A stretch of 64,000 nucleotides of DNA from a bacterium (GTDB lineage: Bacteria > SAR324 > NAC60-12), in assembly GCA_965205865.1 (NCBI GenBank), contig CBDBHR010000030.1, positions 1,311,653-1,375,652 of the forward strand, read 5' to 3'. The notes under the pieces are model-generated. The model ran no database searches, was not told where the DNA came from, and worked only from the letters and a program-made list of their open reading frames with translations. Position 1 is the first letter of the stretch. Every line of letters begins with the position of its first letter. A program made the position numbers and the translations under genes. Positions 20,337 to 29,037 of this stretch are shown in pieces.

Positions 20337-20735
20337 GTGGCAGAGCAATCATGGATATATGAGTCTGGTTCTCAACGATTTAAGCATAAATGGCATCATG
20401 ATTACGCAGATATTACCAGAGATTCTAAACAAAATAGAATTATTGGAAAATGTCCAAATACTTTGATCCAAAGTATTGCTGAGAAACTTCTGAATGAGGG
20501 ATTTCATTATTCTCCTGAAAGCTGGGAGGAAGAGTATCCTAAAGAAATTTTTAATATTTATGAAGGCATTCCATATAGAGCGGTTATAACTCTTCCAGGA
20601 AAATCATATCATGGATTCCCTACAAGTTATATTCCGCCCATATTGGAAACAAATTTGGCAGATAGAGCAAAAGAGGAAGGAACATTTGAGGAATATAAGA
20701 AATGGAAAAAACAGAAAAAACACTTAAGAAATTAG
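20337..20735 (+). CDS. Hypothetical 132-aa protein, possible RNase-type toxin
   Basis: AT-rich ORF with GTG start; RFKHKW, IGKCP and YHGFP motifs; overlaps the next gene by 34 bp. Confidence 0.6.
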   Translation: MAEQSWIYESGSQRFKHKWHHDYADITRDSKQNRIIGKCPNTLIQSIAEKLLNEGFHYSPESWEEEYPKEIFNIYEGIPYRAVITLPGKSYHGFPTSYIPPILETNLADRAKEEGTFEEYKKWKKQKKHLRN

Positions 20736-22183
20736 GAAAAATAGGAAATCCAAGTGGAATATGTTTCCAAATTCTATGGCAACAAACACTGAAAAGAGAT
20801 TTAAATGTCATAGATGCTACTGAAGGAGAAATAAAACTATGGTTGAAAAATGAATTGATTTGGGGGGAAAACATAGATGAAATAGAAAGAGGAAATGGTG
20901 GCGATTGGATAGAATTACTAGAGTTTTTATGTCTAAATTGGCATTATATTTGTCATGAAGAGAATCACATTCTTTTTTATCAAGCTACCAAAAGTAAATT
21001 TTTGAAGGCAATAGAGGGAAGATATTTTTACTTAGGAGAATCTGAAAATAGTAGAGAGCTTCAATCAATCTATGATTTTATCGAAAGGCATGACTTAGCT
21101 AGATGTGTTAAAGGAGAGTATATTCAACCGATTATGCTTATGCGTGAAGGTAATCAAATGCTGATTGCTACTGAAGATGGTGTCATTTCACGTCCTTTAG
21201 ATGAAGTTATAGACACCTTGCAAAATATAGGAGATTTTATCTCTAAACGAATTGAAAGCCTAAAAGATGAAAGTGCTAAGTATTGGTGTGATCGTTGGAT
21301 AAATAAAGATCATAGTTTTAGTCTAGAAAAGAAATTACCGTTAGTAACCAACCTTTCAATAATCACAATCAATGATCTGCAAGAAAATAGTTCTGTGCGT
21401 GAATTTTGGGAGCTACAGGAAGATATTAGTGCTTCTTCAGAAATTCTAGCAGTTGCACGAATGAGTAGGGAAGTTCCCAACCAATTTATTTCAATAATTA
21501 TAGAAAAAGTGCGTTCTGCACAAAAAATTCAGACATCTTCATTAGATGCAATTTCAAATGAGGCAATTAACTTCATAAGTAGTAATAAATTTATCCCTCT
21601 ATATAAGCAGGGCTATATTCTTGCCAAGTGGTTACGAGAAAAACTTGAGGTTAAAAGTAGTGAAAAGATTTTTCCAAGAGAAATAATAGAAGAATGGGGT
21701 GTCACTATAGAAGAAATTGATTTGGATGGATGCCAATCCTTACAAGCTGTTTCATGCTGGGGACCTCAACATGGTCCTACTATTTTTCTGAATATGAAGG
21801 GGAAGTATAACAAAAGCATTTCTGGACAAAGAGCTACATTAGCTCATGAAATTTGTCATTTGCTTTTGGATAGGAATACATCTTTACCCTTAGTTGAAGT
21901 ATTAGGAGGAGATACTCCATATGGTGTTGAGAAAAGAGCTAATGCTTTTGCAGCAGAATTACTACTCCCAAGAATAGAAGTAGAAAAATTTATGGAGACA
22001 GATAGTGAGATAGAAAAAGTTGCTAGCTCCCTATCTACAAAATTTTCAGTAGGATATATCCTAATAGCAAACCAGATACTAAACTCTCCTCAAATTTCTT
22101 TAGAGAGATCTGAACAAATATATATAAAAAATATTCAAAATCAATATATTGCCTCCCCACTTTTTGATTTGTCTTTGTTCTAA
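20702..22183 (+). CDS. ImmA/IrrE family metallo-endopeptidase with large N-terminal domain
   Basis: QRATLAHEICHLLLD (HExxH) and EKRANAFAAELLLP motifs in the C-terminal half. Confidence 0.85.
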   Translation: MEKTEKTLKKLGKIGNPSGICFQILWQQTLKRDLNVIDATEGEIKLWLKNELIWGENIDEIERGNGGDWIELLEFLCLNWHYICHEENHILFYQATKSKFLKAIEGRYFYLGESENSRELQSIYDFIERHDLARCVKGEYIQPIMLMREGNQMLIATEDGVISRPLDEVIDTLQNIGDFISKRIESLKDESAKYWCDRWINKDHSFSLEKKLPLVTNLSIITINDLQENSSVREFWELQEDISASSEILAVARMSREVPNQFISIIIEKVRSAQKIQTSSLDAISNEAINFISSNKFIPLYKQGYILAKWLREKLEVKSSEKIFPREIIEEWGVTIEEIDLDGCQSLQAVSCWGPQHGPTIFLNMKGKYNKSISGQRATLAHEICHLLLDRNTSLPLVEVLGGDTPYGVEKRANAFAAELLLPRIEVEKFMETDSEIEKVASSLSTKFSVGYILIANQILNSPQISLERSEQIYIKNIQNQYIASPLFDLSLF

Positions 22184-22242
22184 AACAGATCAGTTAAAAC
22201 AATACCTTCGCCAAAATAGATTTTGGTCGTTTTTGTCGCACG

Positions 22243-22301
22243 CTGAGCGAAGTCGAAACGTATGATTTCAGTGACTTAAAAAACCCTTCGACTTCGCTCA
22301 G
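22243..22301. repeat. REP-like hairpin
   Basis: CTGAGCGAAGTCGAA ... TTCGACTTCGCTCAG, perfect 15-bp inverted repeat. Confidence 0.75.
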
Positions 22302-22358
22302 GGTTCTATTTTTTAAATTGGCGAAGGTATTGTTAAAAAAATAGAACAATAGTAAGAA

Positions 22359-22675
22359 AAATCGGGTCGCACCAAATTATTTTCCGGATCTTTCAACCGA
22401 TAGCGTTTCTTCGCTTCGAACAGCCAATGACACCAAGTCTGTTTGTCTTTAGCAAACTTCAGTAAGAACGCTCGTTTGTGGCAACGATGGGTCAAATGCC
22501 AAACATAACCGGGAAGGAAGATACGATGTGCTCTGGCCATTTTGTTGGTTGATTTCTTTAAAAGGTGCTTTTGACCCACAAAAAGAAGGCTCTAAGAGCC
22601 AATATTCGCTTATATTTTTTAAAATATATAATCATAACAATGGAGTAAAGAAAATAATTTGGTGCGACCCGATTT
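22359..22675 (-). mobile_element. Miniature RAYT-derived element
   Basis: Perfect 24-bp IRs AAATCGGGTCGCACCAAATTATTT / AAATAATTTGGTGCGACCCGATTT enclosing only the RAYT N-terminus (MARAHRIFLPGYVWHLTHRCH). Confidence 0.85.
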
Positions 22676-22679
22676 CAGT

Positions 22680-23235
22680 AGTTCGGGCGATTTGCCACCG
22701 ATAACCGGGAAAAACAAGGTCTGGGAAAACCGGAAAGTTTCGACTTTTTAGGATTTACTCATGTCTGTGACACTCGGATAAAGGATGGAAAATTCAAGCT
22801 CACCCGTCTCACTATTTCCAAAAGGTTGCGAAAGAAGCTCAAAGAGATCAAACTTGAAGCGAAACGCAAACGTCATGAAAATGCGCATGAACAAGGAAAA
22901 TGGCTCAGGTCTGTTTTAAATGGTCTGTACAACTACTATGGAGTCCCCGGCAACAGGAGTTCCTTGAATGCTTTTCGCACGGAAATCCATCGGATGTGGT
23001 TCAAATCACTAAGACGGAGGAGTCACAAAGCAAAGAGGATGAACTGGGAACGCTTCAAAGTACTGATCAAACTACACATTCCTTCTGTAAGGATAACCCA
23101 CCCGTATCCGAATCAACGTTTGAGCGTCTGACTCGAAGCAGGAGCCGGATGCGTTAGCAGCGCACGTCCGGATCTGTACCGGAGGAATGATGAATGGTGA
23201 CTGAAAGTCACTATAAATCAGTTCTTTACGGTGAC
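22680..23235 (+). mobile_element. Group II intron, 3' remnant (end of RT/maturase ORF, domains V-VI)
   Basis: FGRFA...GKPESFDFLGFTH.C...LNGLYNYYGVPGN..W.KSLRRRS...ITHPYP up to 23131. Domain V GAGCCGGATGCGTTAGCAGCGCACGTCCGGATCT at about 23142-23175; terminal ...ACGGTGAC. Confidence 0.88.
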
Positions 23236-23550
23236 TATTTTTTGGTATTTGGACGTCCTTGACCCCGGCATTCCACTCTCACGTCTATTTATTTTCGACT
23301 TGATCGACAAACCGCACGGTCCCTGTCAACTGCCCTCGTTGAAGAGCCTGAGGGATTTGTGTCAGATCTTTTTGCTTCTCGGATTGTTGAACAAATTGCC
23401 GATACCTTCGTTGCCGAGTTGGTAATGTTTTTCCTAAACTTTTGGAAAATGGATCCGGATCAATGAGTTTTTTTTTCACTAACCCGATTTTCTCCTGAAA
23501 ACTGGACCATTCATATTCTTCAGGAAAAAGAACCATTTTCGCCCGAACAG
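23236..23550 (-). pseudogene. RAYT 3' fragment
   Basis: VRAKMVLFPEEYEWSSFQEKIG...DPDPF; homologous to 10460-10685. Confidence 0.8.
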
Positions 23551-23574
23551 TAAAGAAAGGAGGGGTCAGTAAAG

Positions 23575-23672
23575 GGGTCAAGTCTTGATTTTTGAAAAAG
23601 ATTAATGTCAAAGGAGGGCTCAAGTCTTGACTTTTGAAAAAGATTAATGTCAAAAGTCAAGACTTGACCCCG
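23575..23672. repeat. REP-like tandem plus inverted repeats
   Basis: GGGGTCAAGTCTTGA(T/C)TTTTGAAAAAGATTAATGTCAAA twice, followed by AGTCAAGACTTGACCCC. Confidence 0.75.
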
Positions 23673-23771
23673 TTTCGAAGAGGAAAACGAGAAGGTTCAG
23701 CGGAATGATTTGGTAGAAATTCAGGAGAATTTCTATATTGGGAAAGCATCACATAGATCGAAAAGTAAGAC

Positions 23772-23885
23772 AATGAGCAAACAACTATCTACCAACCAAG
23801 AGTATCAACAATGGCTGAAAAAAATTAAGACCAAAGTTCACAATAGCCAAATCAAAGCAGTCGTTTTAGTAAACCAAGAACTTGA
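23772..23885 (+). pseudogene. DUF1016/YhcG N-terminal fragment
   Basis: YQQWLKKIKTKVHNSQIKAVVLVNQEL matches the DUF1016 N-terminal pattern, then diverges. Confidence 0.6.
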
Positions 23886-23918
23886 TAGCAAAACGTTTAG
23901 GTTTGGTGAATGGCGTGA

Positions 23919-24256
23919 TTGGGGTCGGACCAGATTATTTTCTGTCTTGGCGTTGAGAGGGTTGATACCATGCTTTTCGGATGAGCGTTTCATGATTTTG
24001 TCGAAATTCCTCCAAAGCCCCAGTTTGTTTGTCTTTGGCAAACTTGAGTAAAAAGGTGCACTGGTGGCAGCGATGGGTCCCATGCCAGAGAGAGCCAGGA
24101 AGGAATAGACGGTTTGCTCTCGCCATTTTATCAATTTTCTTAAACGCTCCTTTTGCACCTCAAAAAGTGAAGGCTAAGCGCCATTTTTAGCTTATTGTTT
24201 TGAAAATATCTATGGAGAACAATGCTATAGAAAAAATAATCCGGTGCGACCCGATT
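23919..24256 (-). mobile_element. Second miniature RAYT-derived element
   Basis: Ends GGGGTCGGACCAGATTATTT / AAATAATCCGGTGCGACCCGATT; internal MARANRLFLPGSLWHGTHRCH. Confidence 0.75.
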
Positions 24257-24484
24257 ACATACTCGACCTGTGACACGCGCGAACGTATCTGCCGCATAAC
24301 CCGCACTACGTTCATCGCGCATCAACACGTGTTGGATTCGCCCCTTGTATTTGCTGATACCCTCGTATAAAGGCAGAGTTTGGCCGCCTGGCACACCGAA
24401 CACATACTCAACACCATTTTCTACCAGTAGTTCAGCCAGCCTCTCCCCAACTCGTTTTCCTTTTTTACTCAACATTTCATCCAT
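24257..24484 (-). pseudogene. TPP-binding enzyme N-terminal fragment
   Basis: GVEYVFGVPGGQ...MRDERSAGYAAD.FARVTG; cut by the RAYT-derived element. Confidence 0.8.
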
Positions 24485-24578
24485 TTCTGTTTTTCGTTAA
24501 AGTTTGATCAAAAATCCCTTTTCCTCGTACTGCCTTTGAAATAAGGCGGGAGCGCAGTGCTCCATAATCCGGTTTTAC

Positions 24579-24740
24579 CTAATCCCATGTTTCTCGAAAC
24601 TGTATTGCCTTCTCCGGATCAAAATCGTCCGGGCGCTGAACTATTTCCATAATAATGCCTCCGGTCTTATCAGTACCCAAATAGGCCATTCCTCCGCCAC
24701 CGACAAATCTGTCTTCCTGAAGAACATCGATCCCCGCTTA
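24579..24740 (-). pseudogene. VOC/glyoxalase-like C-terminal fragment
   Basis: KRGIDVLQEDRFVGGGGMAYLGTDKTGGIIMEIVQRP; no 5' part. Confidence 0.4.
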
Positions 24741-24759
24741 TCGCTGACGGACTACACGC

Positions 24760-25752
24760 TCAGGAATACAGGTGACAGACGACCTTGTGTCCCGGAGTAG
24801 GCTCGATCATCTGAGGATCGAGGACGCTACAAGGTTTGAAAACCGCCGGACAGCGGGGATGGAAGTGGCAGCCCGGAGGCGGGTTATCCGGCGATGGCAC
24901 CTCGCCCGTCAGAATGATCTCCTCCCTTTCGATATCCGGGTGCGACGGTAGCGCCGCCGACATTAGGGCGCGGGTATACGGGTGCAGGGGGTTCTCAAAA
25001 AGTTCCTCCGTGTCCGCCTCCTCGACTAGGCGGCCCAGATACATGACCCCTATCCTGTCGCACATGTACCGCACGGTGGCCAGGTTGTGGGCTATGAGCA
25101 GGTAGCTGAGGTCATATTCCTCTTGCAGGTCTTTCAAGAGGTTCATTATCTGTGCGCGGATGGAGACATCCAGCCCCGAGACCGGCTCATCTAGCACAAC
25201 GACCTTAGGATTGAGGGCCAGCGCCCTCGCCATTGCGATCCTCTGGCGTTGACCGCCGCTGAACTCGTGAGGATAGAAATTTGCATGGTAGGCCTGGAGG
25301 CCGACCTCTTCCAGCACCTCACTCACCCTTCCATGGATCTTCTCCTTGGTCATCGTGGTGTTAATCTCCAATGGCTCGCCGATGATGTCTCTCACCCGCA
25401 TACGGGGATTCAGCGAGGCCCACGGGTCCTGGAATACGGCCTGTACCGATGATTTGTACAGCCTGGTCCCCTCCCGGTCCAGATTCAACGCATCAAGTTC
25501 TTCGAACTGGATGCCTCCGTCCGTCGGTTCCTCCAGGAGGAGTACCATCTTTGCCGTGGTGGTCTTGCCGCATCCCGACTCGCCTACGAGCCCGTATGTC
25601 TCGCCCTCCCGGATGATGAACGAGACACCGTCCACTGCCCTGAGGAAGGCCCGGCTGCGTTTGATGAACCCACCGGTGACTGGGAAGTGCTTCTTCAGGT
25701 TACTCACCTGAAGAAGGTTCGATCCGTTTTCATTCCTGCCGTTGTCGGACAT
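24760..25752 (-). CDS. Oligopeptide ABC ATP-binding protein (OppF/DppF-like)
   Basis: GESGCGKT, FSGGQRQR, LDEP and GCHFHPRCP motifs. Confidence 0.95.
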   Translation of the reverse strand: MSDNGRNENGSNLLQVSNLKKHFPVTGGFIKRSRAFLRAVDGVSFIIREGETYGLVGESGCGKTTTAKMVLLLEEPTDGGIQFEELDALNLDREGTRLYKSSVQAVFQDPWASLNPRMRVRDIIGEPLEINTTMTKEKIHGRVSEVLEEVGLQAYHANFYPHEFSGGQRQRIAMARALALNPKVVVLDEPVSGLDVSIRAQIMNLLKDLQEEYDLSYLLIAHNLATVRYMCDRIGVMYLGRLVEEADTEELFENPLHPYTRALMSAALPSHPDIEREEIILTGEVPSPDNPPPGCHFHPRCPAVFKPCSVLDPQMIEPTPGHKVVCHLYS

Positions 25753-25755
25753 AGC

Positions 25756-26745
25756 TTAGCTCTCTCGTAGCCAGCAGGCAGCCACGTGCCTGTCTCCGAC
25801 TGTCACAAGAGGAGGGTACTCCTCGTGACAGGGCTCATGTACATAAGGACATCGAGGTGCGAAGGAGCACCCACCGGGCAGGTCCCACAGGGCTGGAGGC
25901 TGACCTTCTATGGCGTAAAGTCGCTCGACTTTCTCTTCGAGCTTAGGGACCGAGTTGATCAGAGCCTCCGTGTATGGATGTGACGGGCTGTCGAAGATCT
26001 GCCGTACGTCCCCTTGCTCCACGATTCGCCCCGCATACATCACTGCCACCCGGTCGCACATCTTGGCCACGATCCCAAAGTCATGGGTGATGAACACTAA
26101 CGCAGTGCCCGTCTGCTGCTGGAGGTCTTTCAGCAACCGGAGATATTGGGCCTGGATCGTGGCGTCGAGAGATGTGGTGGGCTCGTCGGCTATCAGGACC
26201 AACGGATCGCAAGAGATGCCTATGGCCCCTACAACCCGTTGCCTCATGCCCCCGCTTAGCTGGTGCGGATAGTCCCGCATGCGAATCTCCGGTGCGGGTA
26301 TCCTTACCCTGCGCAGCATCTCTACGACCTGATCCTTCAGATCCCGAGCCCGTAGCCCTTTGTGTATCCTCATCGCTTCGCCGGTCTGGTTTTCGATATC
26401 GAACACCGGATTCAGGGCCGTCATGGGGTCCTGGAGGATCATGGCGATCTTGTCGCCACGTATCCGTGCCATCTTGCTTTCGTCGGCCTGGAGAATGTCT
26501 TCCCCTTCCAGTAAAACCCGCCCACCGACGATCCGTCCCGGTGGCGACGGTACGAGCTGCATGATGGACAGCGCTGTAACCGACTTACCACAGCCCGACT
26601 CGCCGACAAGCCCCAGCGTCTCACCGGCGTGGACCTGGAAGCTGACGCCGTCAACCGCCTTGACATGGCCCCACCTTGTGATGAAATGGGTGCGTAGCTC
26701 CTCGACCTCGAGAACCACCAGCTCGTTTCCGTGTCCTCCTACCAT
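25756..26745 (-). CDS. Oligopeptide ABC ATP-binding protein (OppD/DppD-like)
   Basis: GESGCGKS, LSGGMRQR, IADEPTT and GCSFAPRCP motifs. Confidence 0.95.
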   Translation of the reverse strand: MVGGHGNELVVLEVEELRTHFITRWGHVKAVDGVSFQVHAGETLGLVGESGCGKSVTALSIMQLVPSPPGRIVGGRVLLEGEDILQADESKMARIRGDKIAMILQDPMTALNPVFDIENQTGEAMRIHKGLRARDLKDQVVEMLRRVRIPAPEIRMRDYPHQLSGGMRQRVVGAIGISCDPLVLIADEPTTSLDATIQAQYLRLLKDLQQQTGTALVFITHDFGIVAKMCDRVAVMYAGRIVEQGDVRQIFDSPSHPYTEALINSVPKLEEKVERLYAIEGQPPALWDLPGGCSFAPRCPYVHEPCHEEYPPLVTVGDRHVAACWLRES

Positions 26746-26965
26746 GTCTCGAATACTCTCCTCCCAGGTTGTAAGTTCTCAATAAATCCGAGTACTGATA
26801 AAAAATTGTAATGGACAAACCTAAAAACTAAAGATTTGTGTTAATGAATCCAATAAGAAGTATCATGGCTTGAAAACATTCCCCTTGTGTCCATGAGTAT
26901 GTCCAAGATGAAACGTTCAAAAATAAAGATACCAGATATAATCGAAACCTTCATTCACCCATAGA

Positions 26966-27883
26966 TCATAGCTGTCTTAGCCGGGGGTCCAGCTTGTCCC
27001 TCAGCCAATCTCCAAGGAAGTTGAAGGCAAACACAGTCAGAAATATGGCCGCTCCCGGGAAGAAGGCGATCCACCAGGCGCTCCCCAGATAGGAGCGCCC
27101 ATCCGACACCATGGACCCCCAGGCGGGGGTAGGAGGTGGGATGCCAGCCCCAAGATAAGAGAGTATCGCTTCGGTGAGGATAATGCTCCCGACCTGAAGA
27201 GTGGCTATCACCATGACGGTATTAAGGACGCCCGGAAAGAGATTTCTAACAAAGATCCTTAACACCGAAGCGCCTGCAACTCTCGCCAGAGCCACATAGT
27301 CTTCATTCTTGAGTTGAAGGGTTTCACCTCGTACCTGACGGGCAAAAGTGCTCCAGGAATTGACCGCGAGGATTCCCACAAGAATGGCAAAGCTCTGTCC
27401 CACGACCACCACGATAACCAGCGCTATCAATATCAACGGTATAGCCAACTTCACGTCTATGACGCGCATTATCAGTTCATCCGTCCAGCCGCCGAAGTAG
27501 CCGGAGATCATCCCGAGGATAATGCCAACAATACCGCCAATGCCCAAAGCGACTGCCGACACAATCAAGGATATTCTGGCTCCAAAGATCACGCGGCTAA
27601 GTATGTCGCGTCCCTGGTGGTCGGTGCCAAGAAGGAATTCGCTGGTACCATCCCTGTACCATACAGGCGGGGTATTGCGGACCGCCAAGGAGGCAGCTTC
27701 CGGATCGTGAGGTGCGATAAGCGGTGCGAACACGCCGCAAACTACAAGAAGCGCCAGGATAGCGACTGAAACTACGGGCAATCGGCGCATGAAGTTGTAG
27801 CCCTTGTCAAACAAAGCTCCCATTCCGCCCGCAATTTTCTGAGTATTTTGCCTCGCCCATCCTGTCTCCCGGGTCTCGTTCAT
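26966..27883 (-). CDS. ABC permease (DppC-like)
   Basis: LGTDHQGRDILSRVIFG and GDWLRDKLDPR motifs. Confidence 0.93.
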   Translation of the reverse strand: MNETRETGWARQNTQKIAGGMGALFDKGYNFMRRLPVVSVAILALLVVCGVFAPLIAPHDPEAASLAVRNTPPVWYRDGTSEFLLGTDHQGRDILSRVIFGARISLIVSAVALGIGGIVGIILGMISGYFGGWTDELIMRVIDVKLAIPLILIALVIVVVVGQSFAILVGILAVNSWSTFARQVRGETLQLKNEDYVALARVAGASVLRIFVRNLFPGVLNTVMVIATLQVGSIILTEAILSYLGAGIPPPTPAWGSMVSDGRSYLGSAWWIAFFPGAAIFLTVFAFNFLGDWLRDKLDPRLRQL

Positions 27884-28046
27884 ATTTGTTACCTCTACAT
27901 TTCATTAAGCCAATGGCGCAATCCCTCGTCAGATGTCCAAGATCAAACTCCACCCCTCCAAGCATCCGGGACGGGGACGAAGGCTGACCGGGCGTGGCAA
28001 TTGTCTGACAGCCTGCATGCTGTAACCTTTGCCGCAATTCCTCGAT

Positions 28047-28964
28047 CTAGCTGTATCGGATCCTCGGGTCTATGAAGACATAAGCCACATCCACCACAAA
28101 ATTAAGACTTACGTACCCGAAGGTAATCACGAGGATAGTGCCGGCAAGAAGCGGGAAATCGTTTTGGTAAACGGCCTCAATGGCCAGACTTCCCAATCCA
28201 GGCCAGGCAAAAACTGTTTCAGTCACCACTGCGCCGGCCACCCAGCTTGCCAGAACTACTCCAGCATAGGTAAGTGGAGGTATGGTCGCGTTCTTCATGG
28301 CATGTTTCCAGATCACCGCAACCCTACCTACGCCCTTAGACCTGGCGAACTTGATGTATTCCGAGTCCAAGGTGTTGAGCATTGCTGAACGTACGAGACG
28401 CAGCTGCCCGGCGGCTGCCAGCCAACCAAGGGTTACGGCGGGCAGTATCAAATGCTCCAGCCCACCCCGTCGCCCAGCGGGTAACCACTCAAGCTGGACC
28501 GCAAAGACGAGCATCAGCATGATACCCAGCCAAAACGGTGGCAGTGCTTGGCCAATGAGCGCAAACGTGCGCCCGGACAAGTCCCAAAAGGTGCCTCTCT
28601 TTACAGCGGAGAGTACCCCCAAAGGCCACCCCACCACGAGGGCGAATATCCAAGCTGCCAGCGCCAATTCGAGGCTGGCTGGAATACGCTCGGCCACAGC
28701 TGTCGTCACGGGACGCTGCTCGCGAAGGGAGGTGCCCAAATCCCCCTGGACCGTTTTGCCAAGCCAAACGAGATACTGCACCAGCAGGGGCCTGTCCAGT
28801 CCCATCTCAAGCCCCCACTCGTCCCACTGCTCTTGTGTGGTGTACTCGTTGAGGTAAAGGAGGCGCGGGTCCCCCTGAAGGCGGGACATGACAAACACCA
28901 GGCTGGTCACCACCAACATGGTCAACAGCATGAGGATAAACCGTCTCACCAGGAACTGTCGCAT
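28047..28964 (-). CDS. ABC permease (DppB-like)
   Basis: GLDRPLLVQY..GDLGTS, EYIKFARSKG and IDPRIR motifs. Confidence 0.93.
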   Translation of the reverse strand: MRQFLVRRFILMLLTMLVVTSLVFVMSRLQGDPRLLYLNEYTTQEQWDEWGLEMGLDRPLLVQYLVWLGKTVQGDLGTSLREQRPVTTAVAERIPASLELALAAWIFALVVGWPLGVLSAVKRGTFWDLSGRTFALIGQALPPFWLGIMLMLVFAVQLEWLPAGRRGGLEHLILPAVTLGWLAAAGQLRLVRSAMLNTLDSEYIKFARSKGVGRVAVIWKHAMKNATIPPLTYAGVVLASWVAGAVVTETVFAWPGLGSLAIEAVYQNDFPLLAGTILVITFGYVSLNFVVDVAYVFIDPRIRYS

Positions 28965-29037
28965 CTTGTCTCACCTTTTGTGTAAAGCGCGAACTCGATG
29001 TCTTCACGATTGTACGAAATTTCCCCTCAGGCTCACT

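Noticed and set aside
22680-23131. Retron, DGR or defence reverse transcriptase
   Set aside because: The fragment is the C-terminal part of a group II intron protein followed by domains V-VI; no catalytic YADD region remains.
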